Below, one piece after another: positions 14,853 through 27,560 of a stretch of DNA of 64,000 nucleotides; the first letter of the stretch is position 1, and each line of letters opens with the position of its first letter. The notes under the pieces were generated by a model. The model was given only the letters and a program-made list of their open reading frames with translations. It did no database searches and had not been told where the DNA came from. The stretch spans positions 310,001 to 374,000 of the forward strand of contig JAQGDQ010000012.1 of the NCBI GenBank assembly GCA_030141605.1, read 5' to 3'. The position numbers and the translations under genes are program-made. Origin of the DNA: Tubiluchus corallicola (taxonomy: Eukaryota; Animalia; Priapulida).

Positions 14853-15496
14853 CGATGATGATGATAATGATAATATTCATATGACGGTTGTGATGATGAC
14901 AGTTTAGTAATGGCATCAGCTGCAGTGACAATTAATAATGGCAGGAATAATGATGCTGTTGATTATGACGGTAATGCTGACTTTGCTGATGATGAGGGTG
15001 CGATGAAGCTGATGGTGGTGAAGGCATCTTTAGCGACTACGTTGCAGTTACAATGTAAATAAATATTAATGACAATTGCAACAACAGCTATGATGACGAA
15101 GAAGATGGTGATAATGGCATTGAAACTGGTGATGATAATGATGATGACGAAGACTTAGTTACTAAGATGCTGAAATGATGCCAGTGATGGTGTATACAGT
15201 TAATTATTTCATAACGTCAATTGTTACTTTAGCTAACATTTTAATGCAGGGAATATGTCTGGACAGTTCCTACTGGATATGCAGTGTTTCCGGAAGAGCT
15301 AGCTGTGTTGCCAGAAACAATGGTACGGGATCAGTTTCCAAATCTTGTCTCATATACAGATATGCCACAAGGAGGTCACTTTGCAGCTTTCGAGGAACCA
15401 GAACTCCTAGCAACAGACATAAGGAAATTTGCGGAAATTGTGACCGCTATGTGGACGCCAAAAAATTATGAAGAAATTATAAAAGAAGAATTGTAA
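12136..15496 (+). CDS. EPHX1: Microsomal epoxide hydrolase, 5 exons, ~477 aa
   Basis: Exons 12136-12751, 13099-13231, 13759-13961, 14496-14730, 15250-15496 (1434 nt, in frame). N-terminal membrane anchor, HGWPGSF oxyanion motif, nucleophile QGGDWG, tyrosines in GYFHLQ and RFYKE, acid FPEE, catalytic [10 protein letters not shown]. Confidence 0.95.
14806..15190 (+). repeat. (GAT)n microsatellite grading into cryptic GAT-rich simple sequence, EPHX1 intron 4
   Basis: Near-perfect GAT run ~14807-14870 followed by degenerate GAT/GAC/AAT triplets. Confidence 0.85.
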
Positions 15497-16490
15497 AGAC
15501 AAAATACGTTTTGTTTGTTGTACATGGAAAATAAGAAAAATATAGGCATATTGCTCAAATGTTCTATATATATGTATATAAGAGTTTTATATATATATAT
15601 AAAAGTAAGTAAGTTTATTTAAGCAAACATATTACAGTTCAAAAACTGAATTACTGTGTTTACACAAATAGTAAAAAAGAATTAAAATTAAAAGGCCACA
15701 ATAATTTGCTAAGCAATATTCGTTTTCCACGCATCTTATATAAAAATACATATTTAAAATAAAACAATCACATACAAGAGCAGAACACGAGTTATCCACA
15801 TCATTAACAAAATCATTAACAAAATTTTCCAAAACATTTCATTTGATTTTCTGTGATCTTTGCCATTCAATAATCTAATTAAATATTGTAAAGGTGACTT
15901 ATAGTATCTATCAGTAATGTCGTTGTATGATTTCGTCAGCATTATATATATATTTGGTTGATTATTTCACTCGTATCTGTAACTAACTTTATATGAAATT
16001 CTCACTAAGAATCAGTAGTAACGCTAAAAATTCACATTGTGGCCAGCGTGGCTGTACTGTGGTCAGCGCCATCTTGAGTAATAATATATATATGAACATT
16101 TGGTCTGTAATGCATTATTATATACTTATCACACTTAGAGTGGGGGTTTCTCCGTTTAATGAGCGTGAAAATGGTGCAGCCAGGAATTAACCACAATCGC
16201 GGCAACGTACTAATCGCATCTGTCGCAGTTACCGCAATCGCGATAGCTTCCGTCATCGCATGCGGACACCCGTATATTATCAAAGCCCCTGTCATCTACA
16301 TAATTTTTTACCTGTAGTTTGCAGTTATTGTTGGAGGAGTTGAGTTTGAGGTAATTCAAAAAAGAATCTTACTCAAAACAGATAACACAATATATCGTTC
16401 GTTTCATCCATGTTTTTTTCGATGCTAGGAACCCATTGAATTTTGCCAAAAACCGTTTTAAATTCAGCCGTCCCCATAAGTTTGACTTAG

Positions 16491-16710
16491 GGTCCAAGTA
16501 GGTTATGTGTTCAAATATCCTATGTGCCCAAAACACCTAGTGCCCAAAGTGCATACTACCTTGTGTCCTAATGACTAACGTGTCCAAAATACTTAGTGTC
16601 CAAATGTCCTATGTGTCCAAATTACATCGTGTCCAAATGACACCAGTGTCTAAGCTGTCTATGCCCAAATAACTTGTTCAAAACTTTGTGTCCAAATGAC
16701 CTACTTACCC
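16491..16710 (-). repeat. Degenerate ~15-17 bp periodic array, core GTGTCCAAA (reverse complement of the 9952-10150 core)
   Basis: About 12 units gtgtccaaa/gtgcccaaa/gtgtcctaa with short variable spacers. Confidence 0.8.
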
Positions 16711-18657
16711 AAAATACAGTCAGGCAAGCAGGGACGGCAGCTAGACCGGTACTTATTTCACTGGTTGCCATTAAAAGCAACATTTAGGTGTGCAATTAAT
16801 AAACACAACATGTAGGGTAAGCTATGTGCAATGGGGCTTGTAGCCACGGGATTCGAACCAGGTACCACTACTGTAAGAGCGTGCTTATAGGAAATCTGCA
16901 AGATGTAGACGTCTCGACCGTAAGCACAGTCAGTGCCGGATTTACTGTAGGCCAGACAGACTGAAGCCTATAGGCTCTTAAAATCTAGAGGTTTGTTTTT
17001 CGCACTGTCATAAATCTTTCCTGTACACGCTGTCATGAGGCAGTCTAGTCTCTAAACAAGCCTTCACTTATTTTCCTTACGTTTAGATAGATTAGATTAG
17101 ATCACGTTATTTCAGTATAAAAGCAGTGAAAAACATAAAAGCATTTAAATCACATAATTAAAGAATAAAAACTACTTTAACATACCGCCATGCACAATAT
17201 ATAATATACAGTTAATAAACATTCGTTATTTATTATCTTCGAGACTTACACATGCAGTCTGCTGTTCTACGTTATAAAAAAGGAATTGAAAATTGTCATG
17301 TCATTATACGTGTTGATTATTTACAAGCTCTAATAATAATTCTAATGTTGTAACTAGTTTCTCGGCAAAGTACAAAAAATGTGGTTATGACAGATTTGCA
17401 CAAATTCCAGAAGAACTACATTAATGTACCCTTCAAAGCAATTTCCTGATACCATTGTTGTACGCGACATGCATTTTCTTCAAAGCCACGGTGTCAAATT
17501 TAGTCCATGACACACAATAAAAATTACGGCGATATTTTTTAGCAAAATTGTAACAATTCGAAGGTCGTTGGTTCGATCCTCCAGTTGGTGAAAGCAGAAG
17601 AAAACCGGCCGTGGTGTAAGCACGCTTCATACAAAGATGAAGTGGACATTTCGTTGAGAAAAGAACAAGTCATTTAGCACGTTCAATTTATTTTATTGTT
17701 ATCACTTAAACTCACAAAAGTACAACAACGCAATTTGCAAAAAAAACAGTCTGTAAAGCATAAAGTTAATTTATACTACCTAAATATCAAACAGATTTCC
17801 AGGAAACTTTGTGAAAAAAGGCGAATACAGGGTGCCAAAATGTGAATCATTTCGCCGGTTCTTTTTTCGCAAACTTGACTGAACGCCATGTAGAAAAAAC
17901 ATTCGTCAAGCGCTTCGTGAATGTCTCAGAGCTTTTAGAGCTTGTTATGTCCACCTAGACAAACAACTATCCGTTAATTTCAGTTCTATTTCGAGGAATT
18001 CTTGCTTGAAAACTATGTAACACACTGTCTATAACTTTTGCTTATTAATGTGTATAGCTTACAAGGGGACTTGGTACGTAAATACGTATATATTTCTCAG
18101 TCTATTACCATCGCCTAAATTAATGGTTAAAAGGTAGATAAACACTATGTGATACATTCGTGCGTTATTGATGGTAAATCTATTTAATGAATAAATATTT
18201 TGTGCGTCTTTTGCTAGTCTATATAATACCAAACAGGTACATTTTTGTACGTTTGCTTGTTTATCTTTGTGTTATTTTTTTAATCAAAGAAAGCAGACGA
18301 ATAAGTTTAGGATTGTTCAGCTTTGGCGGTGATCTGCTTGCTACTGAGCGCATTACAGTTTTATTATAGAAATCAATTAATAATAATAATAGTAATAATA
18401 ATAATAATAATCACAAATAATTGAATATTTTTAATGCATTTTACGTGATGATCAAATGCGTCTTATAAATAAAAGATCATCAAAATTAAGAAAGTTAATT
18501 CATATCTATAAAACATTGCACAATTGCTTCAAAATAACCGGGCATCTCTAACTCTGTGTAGAAGCAGAGATGTAAAATGCGATCCAAGTTCATTAATATC
18601 TGAATTTACACTGTATTTTGGCTAGCTTATGGGTGGCACCCAAACAAACAAAAACAG

Positions 18658-18728
18658 TGCACCGCCCGGGAATCGAACCCGGGTCGCAAGAATGGGAATC
18701 TTGCATGATACCATTACACCAGCGGTGC
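18658..18728 (-). tRNA. tRNA-Gly (anticodon CCC)
   Basis: Minus strand GCACCGCTGGTGTAATGGTATCATGCAAGATTCCCATTCTTGCGACCCGGGTTCGATTCCCGGGCGGTGCA: perfect acceptor stem, A and B boxes, anticodon loop TT-CCC-AT, followed by a TTTTT Pol III terminator. Confidence 0.97.
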
Positions 18729-19080
18729 AGATCGCGTCCTAAACCCCAATTCTCTTTATACAGCAATTTTTCTTTTGTAAAAATTACGCCATACACTTTC
18801 TATTTTATACATTGTAAACAATTTGCTTTTCAACTCTTGACCAAGGATCACATTTATTGTGTGATAAGTTTAAACTGTTGTAAATAAATATCTCATACCA
18901 CCTGGCCATCTCACACCTCCTGAATAGACAAAGGTGATTGGTCAAAGTCAGCTGACGCCGTATTTATTTGTTGCGCAGCTTTGCAAACTGCGGCTGCGCA
19001 TTTCATCTTTCTCAGACAGTCGCATGGTTGCTCGGTGAGTTTGTGATTGCAGCGTAATCTAAAAAAGTATTTTAAAGGGA

Positions 19081-22000
19081 ATGTACACTTTAACTCGTGG
19101 TCCCAGCAAAATAGCTGCTAAGACTCGACGTGGTAAGTTAGTATGCAGTTGTCATCTTTTTGATATAGCAGCATAAATTTAGAACATTATTCGGGCGAGC
19201 TTTAATCAAGGTCAAATTGAGGTTGAGGTTCTGTTCAAAACTTTGACTAATGTTAAGAGCAAAAGGAATGTACGTATTATAATAGGTCGCGCAGTTTTTA
19301 CAGTAAAGCTCACAATTTACAACAGTCTTTGAACTGCACTATGTCTTGTATGGGTGCTAGAAGCTTGGCACATACCCCGTTTTTTGTCAATTATTTTAGA
19401 AATTGTCCCTTTTCCCACGTTATTGCAGACCTGCCAACCGCGACCGCTACTGTAGTTTATTCTTATTATTATTATCACAAATAGTTCAATAGTGACATTC
19501 AATACATTGCATCAAACTATAAATATTGTTACACCATACTTGTTTCATACTCTATCGTCACCATAAAACAATAATTGTACTCTGTAGCGGATAGCCCTAT
19601 AGGCTGAAGCCTAAGGCCCGGGATCAAAAGGGGCCCGGCAAAATAAAACGAAAAATTTTTTTTTTGTAAAAAAAAATAAATTGACAAAAGAGCAAGGGGC
19701 CCGCCAAAATAAAATATAGAAAAAAGTTTTTTTTTCAAAAGTCAGTCACTATATTTCAAATCGGGTTTACACAAATCAAACAGAAGACACAACCTGTGCT
19801 GGGAGAGTAGCAAAGCCATGACCGGTCTATTTCTTCACCATTTACAGAATGAATTCGTGCGAAGAGAGACTTTGTAAAATATCTTTTCTGCTTGTTGTCT
19901 ATTTTTTCCGATTTATTGAAATTAGCATGTTTATTTTGAAACTTAGAACTTGGTTGTTGCAGTAAAACATCTATCTGTGGATCCGAAAGTTTTGGCCAGA
20001 GCGCAATATCCAATGGAAACTGTATTTCCTGATGATTGTTATCTTCCATTGATTCATCACAGATAGTCTGTTGATACTCATATGATATAAGAATACTTAC
20101 TAATAAGTATAAGAAATTAGTAAGAAACTAAAGTTACTTTCAGAGTTTCTGATTGGCTTATTTTAGTTGACATCTAACCCAGAAACTCACCCAGCTGTAA
20201 TCGCGTTTATATAGACCTAGTCTACAACTCAAGGATCAAGAAGATATAATTTTTATCACAATCGGTGGGCAAAAACTCACAAAATTAAACAAACGACGAG
20301 AGCTCCACAAAAACACGTCAGCTCAGCAGTGTAGCAACATTTAAAAGGCCCGTTCCAAGCTCAAGCCTAAGGCCCATAAAATCATAATCCGCCGCTGATT
20401 GTACTTCAGTGCAATAGAGAAGCAAAGGCTTGTATAAGCCCTCTGTCATGTGAACCAGATAAAAAAGAAACTGTAGTGATATGTAAACAAAAAAGAACCG
20501 GGAGAAAGGTTAGATCACACAGGACGGGAAGAAGCGTGTGTTTGTGGATGTTAGTAATAGGATTAGTAAGAAAAAAGACTGTGGGATGTTTGCATCGAAA
20601 GAATTGAAATTTGATGTGCGCGTGTGAAAAAGGTACAATGTGTGACAGCCCTAATGCATGAGAGTTGGCAGATCTGCTATTGCCTCTGGTTTTTTCTACA
20701 TAAATTTTCTACATACCAGTATGTAAACTGGTTTTTTCTACATACATACTCCCTGATTTTTGCTCTGGTTTGCTTGGAAACGTTTTTCCAAATAAAAACA
20801 TTTAATGTGAAAAAAACTTGTTTTCTAACTTCATCAACGTTGATGTCATAGTTTGTGGTCATACAATTGCATGATTGCTGTTCACTTGCCTTTTAACTTG
20901 CTTTGATCCATTCTTCTAAATCCTCTTTTGCTCTGACAATGACTTGAATGCATATTAGAAATTTGTGCCTAAAATCATTGAATTGGATTTTTCATGAATT
21001 GACACTGAAACTCGGGTTGTTAGTGAATTATGAATTTATTTGGAATGGTTTTTATATTGTATAATTTGAAGCTCTTTGATGATATGGGTTTTTATTAAAC
21101 GATGGATGAATGACTCACAAACTTGTGCCTTATTTGAGAACATCTCTTTCTACTCCTTATATGAGAACATCTCTTTCGTCTGCAATTAGTAAATAAATAA
21201 ATAACATAATGTAAAGATGTTAGAGGAAAAAACAAAAATGCCCTGTAAGGTCTATTAATTTTTTCACCTTCAAAAGGCATTTTATGCTGATTATGGATTT
21301 ATAATTATAATTTTACCCTTAGTCTATTTTTATGTGTGAAAGTTTGAGATGCTTGCAATTTGAACTGTAAATTAATCAAGCAGATGTGTAGAAAGTAGTA
21401 CGAATAAGTTTTATCAGAAGCTGTATGTCAAGAATGAACCCCGTCACTATTAGCAATGTTTAAAAAATGTGTTTTCAAAATTCTTTTTCTTTTTTTCAAT
21501 ATTTGTCACATTTTATGGGTGCTATTACATAAAAAATGAAAGCATGGCATTGTGTTTTTGAACGTTTGAGTTTTACAAAGTAAGCTGTTTAATATATGTG
21601 AGGAAAAGCTTGGTGTTTTTTCAAAGTTGACTCTAGCTTGAATGCTGTATGTAGAAATTTGCCATAGTGTGAATAAAAGCATGAATTTATTATTTTTACA
21701 GCACCAACTTCACCAATCGAAGCTAATTTTGATCAGCTGTTGAAAAGAGATAAAGAGGAGTTTTTAGCAAATAAAATGAGGTATTAATTTATGCCAAATG
21801 AGATTCCTGGTGATTATTCTGGAATGAAACTTAATACTTAGTGATATCCCATTCAAGATAAAAATGATTTGAGCTTTAAAAAGTAAATTTATAGCACAAA
21901 TAATTATATGTCATAGTAATTTTTTAGTTTTATGTGCATATTGTCAAGATGTGTAAGACTTTTTGTTTGTAAACTTTGTTGAAGTCGTTAATTTGTATTT

Positions 22001-23411
22001 GGTCGAAACGATTTCAGCTTACCCAAGCCTGTATTCAATCACGTAAATCATCGATTAAATAAACTTTCATCACAATACAAAAATGGACAGCGAGTGCCAG
22101 AAACAAATGGACACGATGCAGTATCGTTATCAGTATCACAAGAAGAAGTTGTGAAATACATATCGGAATGTGAGTACGAGTATGTTAAACTATTGTTATA
22201 CAAAATTGAAAAATGTCTGTTGATGGCTTTATACAATGCCACTGGCCATTGCTACTAGGCCTTTTTCTTATATAAAGTTTAAATTCAAATGTTGTATGGA
22301 TAAGACTTTTACCAATGGCATGCACTATAATGTTATTACACATTTAGTTAGTCCCGGGACTGAAATCGCTGCTTTCTATGCAAGTAGTAGTCAGTCCTCT
22401 ATTCGCTAAATGACTGTAATTCAAGTTTCTTGAAAGCAAAATGCCAAATCTACTACAGTTGCTTGCATGTATGTTAAATTCATCCTGAGCAATATTCTAT
22501 AGTTACTGTTTGCGACTTCGAGAGCAGTAAACATTGTATTGCTTGATTTATTGAACTTTATTTCTAATTGAAATATAAGTTAAATGTTATTCAAATAATT
22601 TAGCTTCCTGTTTTCCAAGCACTAACTATAATAAATTGTGGTAAATGTAAGCAAACATTTTGCAGTATGGAGCAGAACGAGTCACGACTATGAGACACAT
22701 CTTAAGACAGGAGGACGTTCATCGCCTTTAGTCATTTACTATAAAGAAAAAGTACCAAATCCAAAATTAGAGAGTAAGTAGGGTATAGTTCTACATTTTT
22801 GTGTGAAATTGGGGTTTACCAACTTGCAATATGGATTTTTTTAAAGTGAATTGGTTCCTATTTCAAAAGCATGATCCTGATCTTGGTCACATTCCTATTC
22901 CAAGCATGGTTTAGTAATTGAGTTCCACATGTTTGCTGTACAGAATTAACTTTAATTGTTAGATGACTGGTACCATGGACATTTTATGTCATATTCACTT
23001 AAATTATGGAATAGAAAAGTATGTTAGTATGAATAAATTTTTAGGAGCAAGGATGGTAAACACGATTGATTATAACTGTGTAAATCAATTTTAACTCTTT
23101 TTACAAACATAGGTTAAAAGTAATAAATACCATCTTCTGAAACTCTTAACCTTTCAGGAAGATTATAGTATTGCATTTTTTATTTTCTTGTATCATACAT
23201 ATATAATTCAAAATACCAATACAGACTATCATCTTTACTTGCAAGTTGCAAGTGAAATTTGTTTGCATAATTAATATATTAAATGCATTTTGTGTTAGAT
23301 CTACTTTCACATATTTATGTTGGTCTTTCAGATTTTGAACCATTTGATTTAGAAGCGTGGTGGGGACACAGAATGTTACAAAATATTGTTAGTAGTTCAA
23401 GCACCATCTGA
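19081..23411 (+). CDS. MCRIP2: MAPK-regulated corepressor-interacting protein (MCRIP/FAM195 family), 5 exons, 156 aa
   Basis: Exons 19081-19132, 21702-21780, 22018-22169, 22666-22773, 23332-23411 (471 nt, phases 1,2,1,1, all GT-AG). MYTLTRGPSKIAAKTRR...PKPVFNHVN...QEEVVKYISELW...YKEKVPNPKLENFEPFDLEAWWGHRML matches recalled MCRIP2 N- and C-terminal motifs. May be a co-ortholog of MCRIP1/2. Confidence 0.92.
19582..20397 (-). mobile_element. Internally deleted hAT transposon with N-terminal TTF-type zinc-finger remnant
   Basis: 8-bp direct repeat ATTGTACT at 19574-19581 and 20398-20405. Imperfect TIRs CTGTAGCGGAT / ATCCGCCGCTG. ORF 19756-20049 ends DRSWLCYSPSTGCVFCLIC, typical of ZMYM1-like hAT transposase N-termini. 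Confidence 0.88.
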
Positions 23412-25958
23412 CTATAGCGATGTGAAATTTGTTATTTGCTAGAATTAGAATTTTCTATGAAATTTTATAAATCACCTTGTTATATTTCTTCAGTGTAGTA
23501 CTGTAAATTTCCTGTTCATCTGTGTTGTTGTAGTATACTGTTGAGGATAAATTTGAAGTTCTGTTTTGCCTTAAGCTAAATAATTTAGGATTTTATAGGA
23601 AATGTAGAGCAAGTCATCCGTAACTGTGACTTAGACATGGTTTTGTTAATAGTTCTGGTTAGTTTGATTAATTTTATCTGTTGTTAAAGGTAGATGGTAT
23701 TGTACCCATTTGCTTTAACAAAGACATAATGCATCAGTATTAAATGAATCCTAACTAAGACAGCACTTTTACTGTACTGTACTGCACTTTACTGTAAAAG
23801 TCCTAAATAAGAACCAGTAAAGACACTTTTTTGACATCTGTCTTGCATGGTTTTTTCTTGTTTTTCTTTTATATAAATGAGAGACCTGAAAATAAAACAT
23901 GATTACATGAAGTGCAATACAGCATTTATAGTACTTATGATTTTGACAGTGTTTAACTTACACAATGTCAGTGTTATTAATCCACCCTGCAGTGTTGTTT
24001 CTAGTCAGAAATTAATTGCTCAGTTTTAAAGAAAAAAAATTGCAAACAAATGTTTGGAAAATTAGAAATTTTGTTAGATTACAGTGTAACACTTTGGTTT
24101 TTTTCTTATTTCTGTTTTTTCATAGTTTGAAATTCTGCTCATATATTTGACCCATGTAGTTCACATTTTAACTTTAGCATTTGAAATTTTGTTAGTAAAT
24201 ACACCTTAGCACATTTTTGAGCTTCAAGAATTGAGATTTTCTTGACAAACCACAAATCGCTGCTCGTTTATAGCCTTTGTGGCAATATTATGGCGGTAAA
24301 AATATGTCATTGCTTCATGTATTTCACGTTTTAATTCTAGTTAGCAGGAAAACCATGTTATTGGTACCGTTTCATAGATAAAATATATTTGTTCATTTTG
24401 CCTTAGAGACTCTAGAGCCTCATTTTGGCTGTAGGTTCTCCTTTTTAAACACAGTGTTAAACCTTGATTTGTATGCAAGTAAATATAAAAAAATTATAAA
24501 AAATGGGAAGGATTGATCTGAAAACTGGTTTATGGGTTGTTATTTTTCAGACATTGTCAAATTTGAAGACTGGAATCACATTATTTCACATACATGTTTA
24601 TTTGCCAACAGTTTTGTACATACTGTGCTGCCTGTCAGTGCCTGGAAAACATGGCAGGGCCAATTACTTTAACTCAGTTCTTTCAATAAGTTTTGAGATT
24701 TCTTCTGTTCTGAATTTGATTACATCGTTAACACCACAACGTCATAGTTGTATTAAACTACTAACAGTATTACGAGTGTCTGACACTCTGCATTACACAT
24801 CATCAGCAAGAACCCCAATGTTGCAGTATTTGTAATAGAATAAAAGCTATGTGAAGAATGCTGTGATATAAACTGTTTCTTAGATAAATTGCCTTAATGA
24901 AACATCACTATTGACTGTTTCCTTTGTTTTGTTATTGTTATTCTGTTGCTGTTTTGTGATCAAGCAAACTTCATTACCGTAACTACCACAACATTTCTGT
25001 TGTGCATTATAATTTCACTATGTTGATTATTTGTTATGCAAGTTTCAAAACTGTTTTTTCTTGTTACGAATCTAGACACACTTGTATACTAGTTAGTTTA
25101 GCTGTAATGTTATGCGGGCATCAGCATTATTGGCAAAGGCTGTTGTTATTATTATGCATGCTGTTTTTGTTTATCCTGCTTGTTAGCTGTTTGGGGCAGG
25201 ATTTAAATGTTGAGATTTAGTAACACATTCCTAGTCTGTAGTGACTTTAATTTTAAATAGCAATTTGTTGTGATGAAACTTGAAAATTTGCAAATAAAAA
25301 TATTCAGTTTATGAAATGTAATAGTTGGGAATTGTAATTTTAAGTGGATAACAGTCCCTAGTCTATTGTTGTGAACACTAATTGATTTAAAATTTGTTTA
25401 TGCTGTTTTCACATCGTTTTAGTCCTACATGTTTATTATTTTCAGCCAATATTGTGTGCAATTTAAATTTTAGCAAATACTCTACTGTCAAAAGACAAAT
25501 TTTAGCCTTGAAACTTTGAGAATTGAGATTTTGGTCTCATCTCTTATATCAATAAATCCCTCTTGCATAAATGTTGTGCAGTTGTTACTGCATGCAATTA
25601 AGGCATTTTTAAATGCTTCTGATGAACTATAATGAATAAAGATTTAATTTGTAACTTCAAAAACCATCATAATTTGTACATTTAGCATAGTAACATTAGT
25701 CCTGTGACTGTAGCTTTTACAGTGCCAGTAAAGCTGGTGAGCTGTTTGCTGCTACAGTTTGAACAATTAAGCTACGAACATTTTGCTTTAAACTTTTGTG
25801 GCCTAGAAATTAACTGCACTATTGCAGAAATTCAGCATAAATTGAATATTTTCAAAATTTTAGTCTTCATTTAATCACGTTAATGGCGTCTGCTATTTAC
25901 TAGCTGTTGTGTATAAGCAAAATGAGTTATATGAAATTCTATTGGCGTATAGAGACTA

Positions 25959-26062
25959 CTCTTGCAACTTGTTGCACAACTTCTCTCTGAGAGTAAAGTT
26001 GCCAAGTCATTCACATGTGTAACTTTATTCTCAGAAAGAAGTTGAGCAATAAGTTGCGAGAG
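25959..26062. repeat. ~43 bp inverted repeat hairpin (MITE-like)
   Basis: CTCTTGCAACTTGTTGCACAACTTCTCTCTGAGAGTAAAGTT pairs with AACTTTATTCTCAGAAAGAAGTTGAGCAATAAGTTGCGAGAG around a ~20 nt loop. Confidence 0.85.
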
Positions 26063-27149
26063 AAATCTGAACGCTCCATGAGATTAATTGACTGGTTTTT
26101 ACTGCTTGTTATCCTTGTATATGACATAATGACAAGTTTTGATTTTTTTATAAAAATCCCAAAATGGAAGACTGGGTCAAATGTCAACACATGCTGGCAG
26201 TTAGATTCTTGATCTTTTCATTCCTTATAATTACCTTTGCCTTTCACAATGCTTAAAACAAAAGCCAAGTCTCTCGGGAAGAACTGAAAAATTGAATTGA
26301 ATTTATTCGTCGCACATATCAATTTTATAATATGCGGTCATCGAGCTTCCACCATATAATTCGGTCGTATTAGCATGATAATAGTAATTTAAGCTAGCGG
26401 CCTGATAGTAGCACACTAGCTCGGGTTGTCACTATAAAATAAATTTTTGTTAACGAAAGTAAATAAATAAAATTTAACAAAATGTAACTTGTAACTTTGA
26501 ACAAACGTACGTATATACATATATATATATGTTATAGTATATGCATATGTATGTATATATATATATGTACATAGATATATATATATGTCAAAAACAATAT
26601 GTTATAGTATAGCTTGAATTTGTTATAATATTAGAAAAAGCCAAATCATTTGACCAGCTACAGCTAGAGTTTTTGACCGGAAGTTGAGCTTATTTTAATA
26701 TTTGAGAAAAACGTTAGAAAGTTTCAGCAATGGAACTGTGATAAGTGCCTCGTGTAATCAGGTCATGTTTCAAGCCTTGGGCACGCTCGTTTTGAACGAG
26801 AAATGGCATGCATCCAGTTATAAAGGCAATATAAACACTTATCCTGCCATGCAGTTGCATGAGCGAACGTTGATTGACCAACGACCATACATACAGTATA
26901 AAATTAAATTATTTAATCTTTTCTATGTTCTTTTTATAATGCATTGTTTCTTGGTCCAATTGCCTCAAGAAATTCGGTTTTTACTGTTTTCACATTTCTA
27001 TCATTTTTTTTGTTCCCTTATGTTCTTGTAAATATATGTATAATTTTTCTTTGCTGTCACTATAGTTTCAGTTTTCCACAGTCTGTTTTCTCCATTACGC
27101 GTTGTAATTTTCGCTGCTTTTTCAATTGCATGCACATTGATGTGTATAC

Positions 27150-27560
27150 CAGCAAAACCCGTAGATGTGTATATTTGGTAATAAGAAAAGTCTATAATAA
27201 AATTTAATAGAGAGAGCGCTATTATACCAAAAAAGTTGAAACTGACCGAATATGTCTTTCCTGTAAAATTAACAATAATGCCGTGACAGTAGAAAACGAA
27301 CTTCACCTCATGATCTGAAATAATACTGAAATCAGAAGGCCGTACGAAAGTAAATTCTCCAAATTGACGTTTCTCAGAGAAAATTCACATACGATAACAG
27401 CCTCAGTAACAAATGCATTTTCATTATCCTTGTTTCTTGGCAAAAATCACAAAAATTATCTCAATCTGTTTGGAGAATTATTATCCAAATGTATCAAAAA
27501 AGGCAACAAAACTTTTACAGAATTAAAAACAGTGGCTATCACTAGTACGTATAAATAAAT
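27150..27560 (+). mobile_element. Decayed LINE 3' end (C-terminal CCHC region)
   Basis: Translates RYYTKKVETDRICLSCKINNNAVTVENELHLMI*, resembling the GRY...RICxxC...VEDExHF motif of invertebrate non-LTR ORF2 C-termini; frameshift and stop present. Confidence 0.6.

Noticed and set aside
14806-15190. Possible poly-Asp coding exon in EPHX1 intron 4
   Set aside because: The GAT frame is broken by shifts and stops, and EPHX1 is complete without it; this is a decayed microsatellite.
16491-16710. CRISPR-like repeat/spacer appearance of the GTGTCCAAA arrays (also 9952-10150)
   Set aside because: The core is only ~9 nt, spacers are mostly 5-8 nt, units are degenerate, the context is eukaryotic and there are no cas genes.
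16840-17600. tRNA-like B-box sequences (GGTTCGAATCC/GGTTCGATCC; also ~4560, ~50640, ~62540)
   Set aside because: No cloverleaf can be built; probably decayed tRNA-derived SINE heads with boundaries I cannot define.
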